From Alphaproteobacteria bacterium (GTDB taxonomy: Bacteria; Pseudomonadota; Alphaproteobacteria; UBA6615): a stretch of DNA of 64,000 nucleotides. The notes under the pieces are model-generated. The model was not told the origin of the DNA, searched no databases, and saw only the letters and a program-made list of their open reading frames with translations. The translations under genes were made by a program, and so were the position numbers. Positions 13,081-23,414 of the stretch are shown piece after piece (positions within the stretch are counted from its first letter, which is position 1; each line of letters starts with the position of its first letter). The stretch is from the NCBI GenBank assembly GCA_009694135.1, contig SHVS01000011.1, forward strand, positions 3,972-67,971, read 5' to 3'.

Positions 13081-13451
13081 TCACGCGAGCGCGCGGCGGG
13101 CGGCGTCGCGGATCTCGGCCAGGCTGAAGGGTTTGGCCAAAACCTCGCGTACCAGCGCATCCAGGTTATGCGCCCGGGCGCGCTGCGCCGCGAGGCCAGA
13201 CATCAGGATCACCGGTAGGCCGGGACGGTCTTGCGTGGCGAGCAGCGCCAACTCGATCCCATCCAGGCCGGGCATCATAATGTCGGTGATCAACAGGTCA
13301 TAAGCGGTCGCCTTGAGCGCGTCATAGGCAGCGCTGCCGTCGGGCGCGACATCGACGACGAAACCGGCTTCCTGCAGCGCTTTCTGCGCCATCACGCGCA
13401 CCGGCTCCTCATCATCGGCGACCAGGTTCGGGCCGGCTGGGTGCGCGCCAT
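13081..13451 (-). pseudogene. single-domain response regulator (CpdR-like) with an apparent 1-nt deletion near the start
   Basis: ATG 13451 after GGGGA; MARTQPAR is out of frame with LVADDEE...DLLITDIMMPGLDG...KPFS; adding one T between 13427 and 13426 gives MARTQPARILVADDEE. Confidence 0.8.
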
Positions 13452-13463
13452 GCGTCCCCGCAG

Positions 13464-14213
13464 CTAATTGGCGGCGGCGTTGGCGAACACCACATCGACA
13501 TGGCGCACGCGTTCCGGCGGGCGTTCCTTGCGGGTGCGAAAACTGGCGCTCGCGCCGGCCGACAGACGCTCGACATCGGTGCGGAACGTCCAGCTTTCGA
13601 CCACGACATTGCGGTCGTCGCGCAAATTGGCGAGCAACGTCGGCAAGGTGATCGTGTGTCCGCTCTTGTTGATCACCGTGCCTTCGAGCACCAAGACCGG
13701 AGTGCCGGCATCCATTTCGATGCGTGGCGACAAGGCCGGAATTTCCAGCCCGGCGCCGGGGGCTTCTTCCGCCAGCCCGCCGAGCCCGACGATATTGTAC
13801 AGGCGCGCGGCCGGCGGCCAGGCGGCGACGATCGAGGATTGGCCGAGCCACAGCCCGCCGATTAACACCGTGCCGGCAGCGGCGAATGCGGCCCAGCCGA
13901 TCGCATTCTCCGGCAGCGCCATGCCGGCAAAGCTGGGCCGGCGTTTACGCACCGCCGGAAGATTGGCGCGCCGCGGTGGCGGCGCCGCCATGGAGGCGGC
14001 CGCCATGACATCGGGCGGTGGTCTGCCATCGAATCGGGAGTAGGCAGGTTTGCTTGCCGGAGCGGGCGCTTGCGCCGCAGCGGCGACGGCGACTTCCGGC
14101 TTCTGGTGCCACTGGTGTCCGCAACGCGCACAACGCACCGTCCGCCCGGAACTTCCGAGCGAAGTCGGATTGACGACATAGCGCGTCATGCACGCCGAGC
14201 AGCTGAGAATCAT
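13464..14213 (-). CDS. MJ0042-type zinc-ribbon / DUF3426 membrane protein (ZitP-like)
   Basis: MILSCSACMTRY...GRTVRCARCGHQW, Pro/Ala linker, TM, WPPAARLY; divergent from ftsE. Confidence 0.85.
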   Translation of the reverse strand: MILSCSACMTRYVVNPTSLGSSGRTVRCARCGHQWHQKPEVAVAAAAQAPAPASKPAYSRFDGRPPPDVMAAASMAAPPPRRANLPAVRKRRPSFAGMALPENAIGWAAFAAAGTVLIGGLWLGQSSIVAAWPPAARLYNIVGLGGLAEEAPGAGLEIPALSPRIEMDAGTPVLVLEGTVINKSGHTITLPTLLANLRDDRNVVVESWTFRTDVERLSAGASASFRTRKERPPERVRHVDVVFANAAAN

Positions 14214-14426
14214 CTCGTCATGCCGTCAGCCAAAATGCATGGGTCGCAACAGAGGACCATAGGGACTTATAGGAAGGACCGGCGCATGAGGCAAGAACCG
14301 GTTGCGGCGAATTAGGCGTTCGACATTCTTCCACTCGGTGACGGCCGCGCGAAAAAGAAACGTGCGCTCGTTTCGGCGCGCCCGTAATGTTGCTCTCGAT
14401 TCGGCCTAGCAGGGAGCGATTCACCC

Positions 14427-15110
14427 TTGGTGGTGTTCGAGAATGTTGCGATGCGCTACGAGCAAGGGCCCGTGGTGCTGCGCGACGTCAACTTTCATCT
14501 ACGCGAGGGATCGTTCCATTTCCTCACTGGTCTCAGCGGCGCGGGCAAGTCCTCGCTGTTGAGCCTGCTTTACCTTGCGCAGTTGCCGACCTCCGGGCGG
14601 GTGAAATTGTTCGGTCAGGACGTGGCCTCGATGCCGCGCACCGAGCGCCCGGCGCTGCGCCGCAAGATTGGGGTCGTATTCCAGGATTTCCGGCTGCTTG
14701 ACCATCTGACGGCGGTGGAAAATGTTGCCCTGCCGCTGCGCGTGTCGGGAAACGATGGGCCCGAGGCGGAAACGCATGTGCGCGAACTGCTGGCCTGGGT
14801 GGGTTTAGCCGATCACGTCGATGCGCGCCCGCGCGAGCTTTCGGGCGGCCAACAGCAGCGCATCGCGATCGCGCGCGCGGTCATAAACCGGCCGCTGCTG
14901 CTGCTCGCCGACGAACCGACCGGCAATGTCGATGACACGACGGCGGCGCGGCTGATGTACCTGTTCGAAGAGCTCAACAAGATGGGCACCACGGTGGTGT
15001 TGGCGACGCACGCCGAATTGCTCATCCGGCGCTTCGATCACCCGGTCTTGCGCCTTGAGGCCGGAACGCTCGCCGTCGATCCTGCGCCGCGCGCCCGCGG
15101 CGTGGCGTAG
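14427..15110 (+). CDS. ftsE: cell division ATP-binding protein FtsE
   Basis: [42 protein letters not shown]. Confidence 0.93.
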   Translation: MVVFENVAMRYEQGPVVLRDVNFHLREGSFHFLTGLSGAGKSSLLSLLYLAQLPTSGRVKLFGQDVASMPRTERPALRRKIGVVFQDFRLLDHLTAVENVALPLRVSGNDGPEAETHVRELLAWVGLADHVDARPRELSGGQQQRIAIARAVINRPLLLLADEPTGNVDDTTAARLMYLFEELNKMGTTVVLATHAELLIRRFDHPVLRLEAGTLAVDPAPRARGVA

Positions 15111-15116
15111 GTCGTC

Positions 15117-15995
15117 ATGATCCGCAGGCGCGTTCCGGTCGAGTTGCCGTTTTCCGGCGATCCGTCGACGCGCTTTTTACCGGGCGTGATCGCGCTCATG
15201 GTCTTTCTCACCGCGCTGGCCCTGGCCGGGACGATGTTGCTTGAACGCGCCGTGGCCGACTGGCGGCAGAGCCTGACCACCCGCGTGACGGTCGAGGTGC
15301 CGCCAGGCCCGAAGCTGGACGAGCGCCTCGCGGCGGCCGAGGCGATGCTGCGCGCGACCCCAGGATTACTCCAGGTCCGCTTGCTGACCGAAGACGAAGT
15401 GGCCGAATTGCTACGTCCCTGGCTCGGCGATGCGGCGCAGCGACTCGATCTGCCGCTGCCGCGCTTGATCGATGCCACGCTCGTGGCCGGCGGTGGGCTC
15501 GATCTCGCCGGCCTGCGCCGCCGCCTGGAAGCGGCGTCGCCGGGCGCGGCCATCGACGATCACCGCGACTGGCTCTCCGGGCTGGTAGTGCTTGCGCGCG
15601 GACTCGAGTGGTTGTCAGTGGCCGTGATTGTCCTGGTCGGCGCTTCGGCCATGGCGGCGATCGTCTTTGTCGTGCGCAGTGGACTCGCTATTCACCGCGG
15701 GGTGGTTGAGTTCCTACATTTGATCGGCGCCCAGGACGGTTACATCGGCCGTCAATTCGAACGCCAAATCTTGCGCCTTGGCCTGCGCGGCGCCGGTCTT
15801 GGCCTGGCAGGGGTCGTCATCGTCGCGGCGCCGGTCGCTTTCCTGGCCCAGGCGCTGGAGGGACCGGGGGTGCGCGCGCCGGGTCTGGAAGCTTGGCATT
15901 TGGCGGTCATCGGCCTCGTGCCGCTGGCGGCGGTGCTTGCGGCCGGTGTGACCGCGCGGCTGACAGTTCGTCGCGCGCTGGCGCGGCTGCCATAG
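15117..15995 (+). CDS. ftsX: cell division permease FtsX
   Basis: TM, periplasmic LLRPWLG..LPLPRLID, LHLIGAQDGYI; follows ftsE. Confidence 0.9.
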   Translation: MIRRRVPVELPFSGDPSTRFLPGVIALMVFLTALALAGTMLLERAVADWRQSLTTRVTVEVPPGPKLDERLAAAEAMLRATPGLLQVRLLTEDEVAELLRPWLGDAAQRLDLPLPRLIDATLVAGGGLDLAGLRRRLEAASPGAAIDDHRDWLSGLVVLARGLEWLSVAVIVLVGASAMAAIVFVVRSGLAIHRGVVEFLHLIGAQDGYIGRQFERQILRLGLRGAGLGLAGVVIVAAPVAFLAQALEGPGVRAPGLEAWHLAVIGLVPLAAVLAAGVTARLTVRRALARLP

Positions 15996-16609
15996 AGCCG
16001 CTCCGCCGCAAGCGCCGCAAGACGGCGGTCCGCCGTGGGCTGATTCTGCTCGGATTACAGCTCCTTCTGCTCGGCACATTTACCGCCGGGCTGGTGCGCT
16101 ATGTCGCCACGATCCCGCGTGCAATAGCGACCGCGACCGAGCCGGTCGATGCGATCGTCGTCTTGACCGGAGGAGGTGGCCGCCTGGAAGAGGGCTTGGC
16201 GCTGCTCGGGCGTGGTAATGGGCAAAGGCTTTTTGTTTCCGGCGTGCATCGTGGGGTCGAACTCAGCGAGCTGTTTCGCCTCGCGCCCGACATCCGCCCG
16301 AGTCTGAGCTGCTGCGTGGTGCTCGGTCATGAGGCCGTGGACACGCGCGGCAATGCCCGCGAAACGGCGGCCTGGGTGGCCAGCGCCGACATCAGCTCGC
16401 TCCGCTTGGTGACCTCGAATTATCACATGTCGCGTAGTCTCATCGAGTTCCACCGTGCCATGCCACAGGTCGTCATCGTGCCGCATGCGGTTCCCACTCC
16501 AGGGATTGATTTCGATGGCTGGTGGTATCGACCGCGCGTGTTGCGCCTGGCTGCTGGCGAGTACGTTAAGCTGCTGCTCGCACTTGGACGTGCGAGCCTG
16601 AACGCGTGA
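15992..16609 (+). CDS. YdcF/DUF218 family protein (start codon uncertain)
   Basis: DAIVVLTGGGGR, LFVSGV, DTRGNARET, LVTSNYHMSRS, EYVK. Confidence 0.85.
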   Translation: MEPLRRKRRKTAVRRGLILLGLQLLLLGTFTAGLVRYVATIPRAIATATEPVDAIVVLTGGGGRLEEGLALLGRGNGQRLFVSGVHRGVELSELFRLAPDIRPSLSCCVVLGHEAVDTRGNARETAAWVASADISSLRLVTSNYHMSRSLIEFHRAMPQVVIVPHAVPTPGIDFDGWWYRPRVLRLAAGEYVKLLLALGRASLNA

Positions 16610-17328
16610 CCGTCGCGCGCGCGCTGCTGTTCAATGCGGCGTTCTACCTATGGACGCTGGCGATGATGCTCTGGGCGCTGGTCGCCAGTATTGGGCAGCC
16701 GCGTCGGGTGCAGCGCGTCGTGCCGGTGTGGAGCCGTGCCAGCCTCTGGCTGCTCGCGCGCATCACCGGACTGACGCATGAAGTAGTGGGCTACGATCGC
16801 TTGCCGCCCGCGCCGTTCATCGTCGCCGCCAAGCACCAATCGGCCTGGGACGTTCTCGCCTTGACGGTCCTATTTCCCGAGGCGGGCTTTGTCCTCAAGC
16901 AGGAACTGCGCCGCCTGCCGCTGTTCGGGTACCTGGCGGCGCGCGCCGGGCACATCGCGGTCAATCGCGGCGGCCATGCGCGTGCGCTGACCGCCATGCT
17001 CGCGGCGGTGCGCGACGCGGTGACGCGCGGGCGGAGCATCATCGTCTTTCCGCAGGGGACGCGTACCCAGCCGGGCGAGACGCGCCCGTATCGGGTTGGG
17101 GTCGCCGCCCTGTATGCCGAACTCGGCGTTCCGGTAGTGCCGGTGGCGCTCAATTCGGGGCTCTATTGGCCACGGCGCTGGCCGATCCAGCGCGCAGGGA
17201 CCATCCGGGTCGAGATTCTCCCGCCCATTTTTCCTGGGCTGGAGCGCCGCGCGTTCCTGGTGGCGCTTGCGTCCACCATCGAGGAGGCCACCGGGCGGCT
17301 CGAAGCCGAGGCGCGGGCTGCAAGTTAG
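16606..17328 (+). CDS. plsC: 1-acyl-sn-glycerol-3-phosphate acyltransferase
   Basis: AKHQSAWD (HX4D), FPQGTR, VPVALNSG. Confidence 0.88.
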   Translation: MTVARALLFNAAFYLWTLAMMLWALVASIGQPRRVQRVVPVWSRASLWLLARITGLTHEVVGYDRLPPAPFIVAAKHQSAWDVLALTVLFPEAGFVLKQELRRLPLFGYLAARAGHIAVNRGGHARALTAMLAAVRDAVTRGRSIIVFPQGTRTQPGETRPYRVGVAALYAELGVPVVPVALNSGLYWPRRWPIQRAGTIRVEILPPIFPGLERRAFLVALASTIEEATGRLEAEARAAS

Positions 17329-17396
17329 GTAGGATTCGAGACGGAAACTCGTGGTAGCATCCGCATGGGTCGACCCCGACTCATAGGTTTTGCGCC

Positions 17397-19703
17397 ATGC
17401 CCGAACTCGCGCCGATCGCCCATCAGATCTGGGACATGAAGTACCGGCTGAAAGACGCGGCCGGACTTCCGCTTGACCGCACGCTGGAGGACACCTGGCG
17501 TCGAGTGGCGGGCGCGCTTGCCGCGGTCGAGCCCAAGACCGGCGGCGATGTGGCGGCCTGGGAGGCGCGTTTCTATGACGCGCTGGCCGGGTTCAAGTTT
17601 TTGCCTGGCGGACGGATCATTGCTGGGGCTGGTTCCGGGCGTACGGTCACGCTGTTCAACTGCTTCGTCATGGGAGAAATCCCGGATGACATGGCCGGGA
17701 TTTTCGACCACCTGCGCGAAGCGGCGCTCACCATGCAGCAGGGCGGCGGGATCGGTTACGATTTCTCGACCCTCAGGCCGCACGGCGCGCCGGTGAAGGG
17801 CGTCGGCGCCGATGCCTCCGGCCCGCTCAGCTTCATGGATGTGTGGGACGCCATGTGCCGCACGGTCATGTCGGCCGGGCATCGCCGCGGCGCGATGATG
17901 GCGACGCTCGCCTGCGACCACCCGGATATAGAAGCCTTCATCGATGCCAAGCGCACCCCCGGCCGACTGCGCATGTTCAACCTGTCGGTACTGGTCAGCG
18001 ATGCCTTCATGCAGGCGGTTAAAGAGGATGCCGCCTGGACGCTTTCCTTCGCCGGCACGGTCTGCAAGACGCTGCGCGCGCGCGAGCTGTGGGAACGCAT
18101 CATGCGTGCGACCTATGCCTATGCCGAGCCCGGCGTGATCTTCATCGACCGCATCAACCGGCTCAATAATCTGCATTATTGCGAGACGATCCACGCGACC
18201 AACCCGTGCGGCGAGCAGCCTTTGCCTCCCTATGGCGCTTGCCTGCTCGGCTCGATCAATCTGGCGCAGCTGGTGAAGACGCCGTTTAAACCGGGCGCGA
18301 CGATCGAGCCGAATGAATTGGCGGAATTGACCCGGGTCGCCGTGCGGATGCTCGACAACGCGATCGACGTTGCGCATTTCCCGCTCCAGGCGCAAACGCA
18401 AGAAGCACACGCCAAGCGGCGCATTGGGCTCGGCATTACCGGTCTGGCCGATGCGTTGATCATGTGCGGCGCGCGTTACGGCGGGGAGCGGGCGCTCAAG
18501 CTCACCGAGCAATGGCTGGCGGCGATGCGGCGCGCCGCTTACCTGGCCTCGACCGAGTTGGCGCGCGAGAAGGGCGCCTTTCCGCTGTTTGATCGCGAGA
18601 AATATCTCGCCAGCGAATTTGTCAAAGGGCTGGACGAAGACATCCGCGCGGCCATCGCAGCGCATGCCATCCGCAATGCGCTGCTGCTGTCGATCGCGCC
18701 CACGGGCACGATCTCGCTGCTCGCCGACAATGTCTCCTCGGGTATTGAGCCAGTGTTCAGCTTCACTTACACGCGCAACGTCATGATGCCCGACGGGACG
18801 CGCAAGGCGGAGCCGGTCAGCGATTACGCCTATCGGCTCTTCAAGCGTGACTTCGGCGAGACTGCGCCTTTGCCCGATGCTTTCGTCAATGCCGGGAGCT
18901 TGTCGCCGACCGAACATCTGGCGATGCAGGCGGTCGCGCAGCGTTACGTCGATAGCTCGATCTCGAAGACGATCAATTGCCCGGTAGAAATATCCTTCGA
19001 CGCGTTCAAGGACATCTACCTCCGCGCCTATGAGCTTGGCTGCAAGGGCTGCACCACCTACCGGCCCAATCCGGTGACCGGGGCGGTGTTAGAGACCAAC
19101 CCCAAGCCGACGGCCGAGCCGGCGCTTCCGTTGCCGATGCGCGCGCGCGCCGAAGATAAGCTCGACGCCGGCGGGGTGATTTATATGACCCAGCCCTTGA
19201 GCCGGCCGGAGGAGCTGCCGGGCCGCACCTATAAGCTGCGCTGGCCGGATAGCGCGCATGCGATCTACATCACGATCAACGACATCGTCCGTGACGGGCG
19301 GCGGCGGCCATTCGAGGTGTTCGTCAATTCCAAGAACATGGAGCATTACGCCTGGACGGTCGCGCTCACGCGCATGATCTCGGCCGTATTTCGCCGCGGC
19401 GGCGACGTGTCCTTCGTGGTCGAGGAGCTTAAAGCCGTGTTCGACCCGCGCGGCGGCCAGTGGGTCGGCGGGCATTATGTGCCCTCGCTCCTGGCGGCGA
19501 TTGGCGAGGTGATCGAGCGCCATCTGATCGACATCGGATTCATGTCCGGCCCAGTGGACAAAGCCATGCCGCAGGCATTGGAGAAAGCCGTTGGGGAAAA
19601 CGGCCCGTCGCGCGGTGCCTGCCCGAAATGCGGCGCGCTCGCGCTGGTGCATTCCGAAGGCTGCGATCTGTGTACCGCTTGCGGCTACTCGAAGTGCTCT
19701 TAG
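17397..19703 (+). CDS. nrdJ: class II (adenosylcobalamin-dependent) ribonucleotide reductase with C-terminal TSCPD domain and Zn ribbon
   Basis: FNCFV, TNPCGEQ, GACLLGSINL, IAPTGTIS, SISKTIN, KGCTTYR, C-terminal CPKC...CTACGYSKC. Confidence 0.93.
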   Translation: MPELAPIAHQIWDMKYRLKDAAGLPLDRTLEDTWRRVAGALAAVEPKTGGDVAAWEARFYDALAGFKFLPGGRIIAGAGSGRTVTLFNCFVMGEIPDDMAGIFDHLREAALTMQQGGGIGYDFSTLRPHGAPVKGVGADASGPLSFMDVWDAMCRTVMSAGHRRGAMMATLACDHPDIEAFIDAKRTPGRLRMFNLSVLVSDAFMQAVKEDAAWTLSFAGTVCKTLRARELWERIMRATYAYAEPGVIFIDRINRLNNLHYCETIHATNPCGEQPLPPYGACLLGSINLAQLVKTPFKPGATIEPNELAELTRVAVRMLDNAIDVAHFPLQAQTQEAHAKRRIGLGITGLADALIMCGARYGGERALKLTEQWLAAMRRAAYLASTELAREKGAFPLFDREKYLASEFVKGLDEDIRAAIAAHAIRNALLLSIAPTGTISLLADNVSSGIEPVFSFTYTRNVMMPDGTRKAEPVSDYAYRLFKRDFGETAPLPDAFVNAGSLSPTEHLAMQAVAQRYVDSSISKTINCPVEISFDAFKDIYLRAYELGCKGCTTYRPNPVTGAVLETNPKPTAEPALPLPMRARAEDKLDAGGVIYMTQPLSRPEELPGRTYKLRWPDSAHAIYITINDIVRDGRRRPFEVFVNSKNMEHYAWTVALTRMISAVFRRGGDVSFVVEELKAVFDPRGGQWVGGHYVPSLLAAIGEVIERHLIDIGFMSGPVDKAMPQALEKAVGENGPSRGACPKCGALALVHSEGCDLCTACGYSKCS

Positions 19704-20302
19704 CTTGAGCCGCGCGCCCGTTTCAGCAAGCGATGCATCTCCCCGTCCTTGATGCCGAGCGCGTCCAGGTGTTCGACCAGACTGGCGAGATAATCCAGGC
19801 AGCGCCCGCGCGCGCCCACGCCCTGGCGCACGAGTTTCGCCGTGCGCTCCGCATCGAGCCCGCCGGCGTAATGCGAATGCTGCCGGTCGACGGTGAAGGC
19901 GAGGGCGTCATGCAACCGCCCGCCTTCGCGCAGTTTCAAAAACCGCGCGTCATAAACGCCGGTGTCCATCTCGCGCTTCCACAAAGCGTCGATGACGGCA
20001 ACGCGGTCGCAGGCCGCGATCCGATAGGCAAAACCCATGCAGCTGCCGCCGCGATCGAGGCCGAGCACGAGGCCGGGCTTCTCCGGCGTTCCGCGATAGG
20101 TGTGCGAGTACACGCAAAAGCCGCGGTGATAGCCATGCACCCGCGCCGGCACGCGTTTCTGAAACGCGAATTCCGGGTTCCACATCAGCGAGCCATAGGC
20201 GAACAGCCACAGGTCGCGCTCGGTCGGCAGGCTGGCCAGCAAGGCGGCTTTCTCCGCCAGCTTATGCGGCGGCGGGGGAGAAGGGGGGCGCGACTCCGAC
20301 AT
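19700..20302 (-). CDS. chaC: ChaC-family gamma-glutamylcyclotransferase
   Basis: WLFAYGSLMW, RGTPEKPGLVLGLDRGGSC, LWKREM. Confidence 0.9.
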   Translation of the reverse strand: MSESRPPSPPPPHKLAEKAALLASLPTERDLWLFAYGSLMWNPEFAFQKRVPARVHGYHRGFCVYSHTYRGTPEKPGLVLGLDRGGSCMGFAYRIAACDRVAVIDALWKREMDTGVYDARFLKLREGGRLHDALAFTVDRQHSHYAGGLDAERTAKLVRQGVGARGRCLDYLASLVEHLDALGIKDGEMHRLLKRARGSS

Positions 20303-20352
20303 GGCGCGAAGGTGTTCGCGCCCAAGCGTCTTGGCAAGGGTTTGGCGCCGGC

Positions 20353-21357
20353 ATGAGGAGGATGCGCGCGACGCTGGCCGCCGGGGTGCTGGCGTCGCTG
20401 ATTGCCGGCGGGCTTTGGTTCGGCTGGACCGCCGTCGCCCAGGAATTCACCCGGCGCATCGAGGCCTGGGATGCCACGCAGCGCGCCCTGGGCTTAAAAG
20501 TCGCTCATGGTGCGCCGACGATGAGCGGCTTCCCCCTGCTGTGGCAGGCGGCGCTGGCGGAGCCATCGCTCACGCGGCCAGACGGTAAAATATCCTGGAA
20601 TGGGCCGGAACTGCGCCTCATCTGGCGCGCCTGGGCGCCGCAGCAGCTCGATTTTTCCGCGCCCGGCGTGCATGTCGTCACCTTGTCCCAGTCGCAGGGA
20701 CCGGCGCAGATCACGGCGCGCCTGGCCTCCGCCGAGGCCGCGCTGCGGGGCGGGCCGCAAGGCCAGCAGGTGACGGCAAATATGAGCGGCGCCGATATCG
20801 ATGCGCGCACGCTCGGCTTTGCTCTTACCGTCGGCAGCCTGGTGCTGAGCGTGACGCAGCGTCCGGATTTGCTCTCCGCCGTGGCCTCCGCCGAGCGTTT
20901 GGTGGCGACCGCCGGTCTCGATAGCCCGCTCGGCCGCGATGTTGAGCATCTCGATCTATCCGCCGAGCTTGTTGGCGTGCTCGATTTAGCCGCGCCGCCG
21001 CGTCTGGCGCTCGAAGAGTTTCGCGATGGTGGCGGCACGCTCACCATCAAGCGCCTGAACCTGATTTGGGGGCCGCTGCGCCTGCTCGCCGAGGGCACGC
21101 TCACGCTCGACGCCGAGCTGCGCCCGCGCGGGCAGCTTACTGCCCATGTGCAGGGACTTGCGGATGCAATCGGGCGTTTCGAAGCGGCCGGGGCGCTGCC
21201 GCGTAATCAGGCGACCGGGCTCAAAATCGCCGGCGCGCTGCTCACCAAGCCTAACGGCGACGGGAAGCCGGAGACCGAGCTGCCGCTTTCTTTCGAGGGC
21301 GGGACGGTTTTCCTCGGGCCGGTCGCTTTGGCGAAGCTGCCGGCTTTGATCCAGTAG
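20353..21357 (+). CDS. DUF2125 domain protein
   Basis: N-terminal TM, MSGFPL, FRDGGGTLTI..L.L.WGPL, C-terminal FLGPV.L..LP. Confidence 0.8.
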   Translation: MRRMRATLAAGVLASLIAGGLWFGWTAVAQEFTRRIEAWDATQRALGLKVAHGAPTMSGFPLLWQAALAEPSLTRPDGKISWNGPELRLIWRAWAPQQLDFSAPGVHVVTLSQSQGPAQITARLASAEAALRGGPQGQQVTANMSGADIDARTLGFALTVGSLVLSVTQRPDLLSAVASAERLVATAGLDSPLGRDVEHLDLSAELVGVLDLAAPPRLALEEFRDGGGTLTIKRLNLIWGPLRLLAEGTLTLDAELRPRGQLTAHVQGLADAIGRFEAAGALPRNQATGLKIAGALLTKPNGDGKPETELPLSFEGGTVFLGPVALAKLPALIQ

Positions 21358-22291
21358 GTTCGGTCGGCTGGAAGGTGCCGGCCTGGCCGGCCTCGACAAT
21401 GCCGCGGCGGATTTCGCGCGTGCGGCGGAACCAGGTTTCCAGCTTCTCGCCCTCGCCGAAGCGGATCGCGCGTTGCAGGGCGGTCAAATCCTCGTTGAAG
21501 CGCGCGAGCATTTCCAACACCGCCTCGCGATTGGCGAGGAAAATATCGCGCCACATCACCGGATCGGAGGCGGCGATACGCGTGAAATCGCGGAAACCGC
21601 CGGCTGAAAATTTAATCACCTCGGCCTGTTCAACCCGGTCATTGGGGCGGGCGGCGGCGCGCAGCTGGCCTTCCAGCTCGGTCGCCGTGCCAACGATGGT
21701 ATAGGCGATCAGATGCGGCAAATGGCTGGTCGTCGCCAGCACGCGGTCGTGATGCGCCGGGTCCATGAGTTCGACTCGGCTGCCGACCTTGCGCCACAGC
21801 TCGCTGATGCGCTTCACCGCCTTGGCGTCGGTTTCCGGCGTCGGGGTCAAAATACACCAGCGATCCTGGAACAGCTCGGCGAAACCCGCTTCTGGCCCGG
21901 AATGTTCGGTGCCGGCGACCGGATGGCCGGGGACGAAGGCGATGCCCGGCGGCAAATGCGGCAGCAGATCGCGCAGCGTCGACATCTTGACCGAACCGAC
22001 ATCGGTGACGATCGCGCCTTTTTTAAGACGCGGACCGATGGCGCGCGCGATGGCCGAATAGGTGCTCAAGGGGGTGCAGATCACCACCAAATCGGCGCCT
22101 TTGACCGCCGCAGCCGGATCGGCGTGGGCGGTGTCGGTCAGTTTGAGTTCGAGCAGCTTGGCGCGTGTTTCCGGCGTGCGCGCGCAGCCGGTGATCTTGC
22201 GCGCAAGGCCGTATTTTCGGAGTGCGCGCGCGAGCGACGAGCCGATCAACCCGACGCCGATCAATGCCACCGTGTCGAACATGGTTTTCAT
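21251..22291 (-). CDS. tyrC: prephenate/arogenate (cyclohexadienyl) dehydrogenase
   Basis: ALIGVGLIGSS, TDVGSVK, GHPVAGTEHSG, HD..LA.TSHLPHLIAY, GGFRDFTRIAASDP.MW. Confidence 0.92.
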   Translation of the reverse strand: MKTMFDTVALIGVGLIGSSLARALRKYGLARKITGCARTPETRAKLLELKLTDTAHADPAAAVKGADLVVICTPLSTYSAIARAIGPRLKKGAIVTDVGSVKMSTLRDLLPHLPPGIAFVPGHPVAGTEHSGPEAGFAELFQDRWCILTPTPETDAKAVKRISELWRKVGSRVELMDPAHHDRVLATTSHLPHLIAYTIVGTATELEGQLRAAARPNDRVEQAEVIKFSAGGFRDFTRIAASDPVMWRDIFLANREAVLEMLARFNEDLTALQRAIRFGEGEKLETWFRRTREIRRGIVEAGQAGTFQPTEPTGSKPAASPKRPARGKPSRPRKKAAARSPASRRR

Positions 22292-22294
22292 GGC

Positions 22295-23398
22295 TTAGCT
22301 CAAAAACCGATCGAGGGCGGCGAGCAGGGACTTCATGTCTTCCTCGCGGCCGACGGTGATGCGCAGCCATGCCGGCAACGCATAGGGAGTCATATCGCGC
22401 AGGATCAGCCCGCGCGATTTGAGAAACGCGAGCGCCGCGGCGGCGTTATGCTTGGCATCGTGCGGGAACTGCGCGAGCACGAAATTGCAGACCGAGTCAG
22501 TGGTTTTGATCCCGCGCTTGCCAAGCTCGGCGATCAGGAAGGGGCGCATGGCATCGTTGAGCGCGCGGGCGCGCGACGTGTGTTCGTCGTCTTCCAGTGC
22601 GGCGCGCGCGGCGACCAGCGCCGGCGTCGAGACATTGAACGGCCCACGCAGCCGGTTCAGCGCGTCGGCGACCGCCGGCGGGCAATAAGCCCAGCCGATG
22701 CGCAGCGCCGCCAACCCGTAAATCTTGGAAAAGGTGCGCGTTACCACGACATTGGCATGCGCGCTGACCAGTGCCTCGCCCGCTTCGTAATCATTGCGCC
22801 CGACATATTCGGCATAGGCGGCGTCAAGCACCAGCAGGCACTCAGGCGGCAGGCCGGCGTGCAGCCGGTTCAGTTCGTCGCGGTCGATATAGGTGCCGGT
22901 CGGATTATTCGGATTGGCGATGAACACCACGCGCGTGTGCGGGGTCACGGCGGCGAGCAGCGCATCGACATCCGTCGTCAAGACGCGCTCGGGCGCGGCG
23001 ACCGGGGTCGCGCCTACCGCGCGCGCGGCGATCGGGTAAACCAAAAAGCCGTGCTGGCTATAAAGCACCTCATCGCCCGGTCCGGCATAGGCGCGGGCGA
23101 GCAGGGCCAGAAGTTCGTCCGATCCCGCGCCGCACACGATCCGCGCCGGATCGATCCCATGCCGCTCGCCCAGGGCCTTGCGCAGCTCCGTCGCCCCGCC
23201 ATCGGGGTAAAGATGCAGCTTTTCCGCCGCCGCGCGATAGGCCTCGATGGCGCGCGGGCTGGGGCCGAGCGGGGTTTCGTTCGAAGCCAGCTTGATGACG
23301 CGCGCGACGCCGGGGACCGTGGATTCGCCGCCCACATAGGGCGCGATCTCCATGATGCCGGGACGCGGCTGGGGGGCTTGCGGGCGTTTGCCGGTCAT
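22295..23398 (-). CDS. hisC: histidinol-phosphate aminotransferase
   Basis: [43 protein letters not shown]. Confidence 0.93.
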   Translation of the reverse strand: MTGKRPQAPQPRPGIMEIAPYVGGESTVPGVARVIKLASNETPLGPSPRAIEAYRAAAEKLHLYPDGGATELRKALGERHGIDPARIVCGAGSDELLALLARAYAGPGDEVLYSQHGFLVYPIAARAVGATPVAAPERVLTTDVDALLAAVTPHTRVVFIANPNNPTGTYIDRDELNRLHAGLPPECLLVLDAAYAEYVGRNDYEAGEALVSAHANVVVTRTFSKIYGLAALRIGWAYCPPAVADALNRLRGPFNVSTPALVAARAALEDDEHTSRARALNDAMRPFLIAELGKRGIKTTDSVCNFVLAQFPHDAKHNAAAALAFLKSRGLILRDMTPYALPAWLRITVGREEDMKSLLAALDRFLS

Positions 23399-23414
23399 GC
23401 GTGGGGCGGGAAGC

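Noticed and set aside
17329..17396. Cobalamin riboswitch or NrdR box upstream of nrdJ
   Set aside because: The spacer is only 68 bp and shows neither motif.
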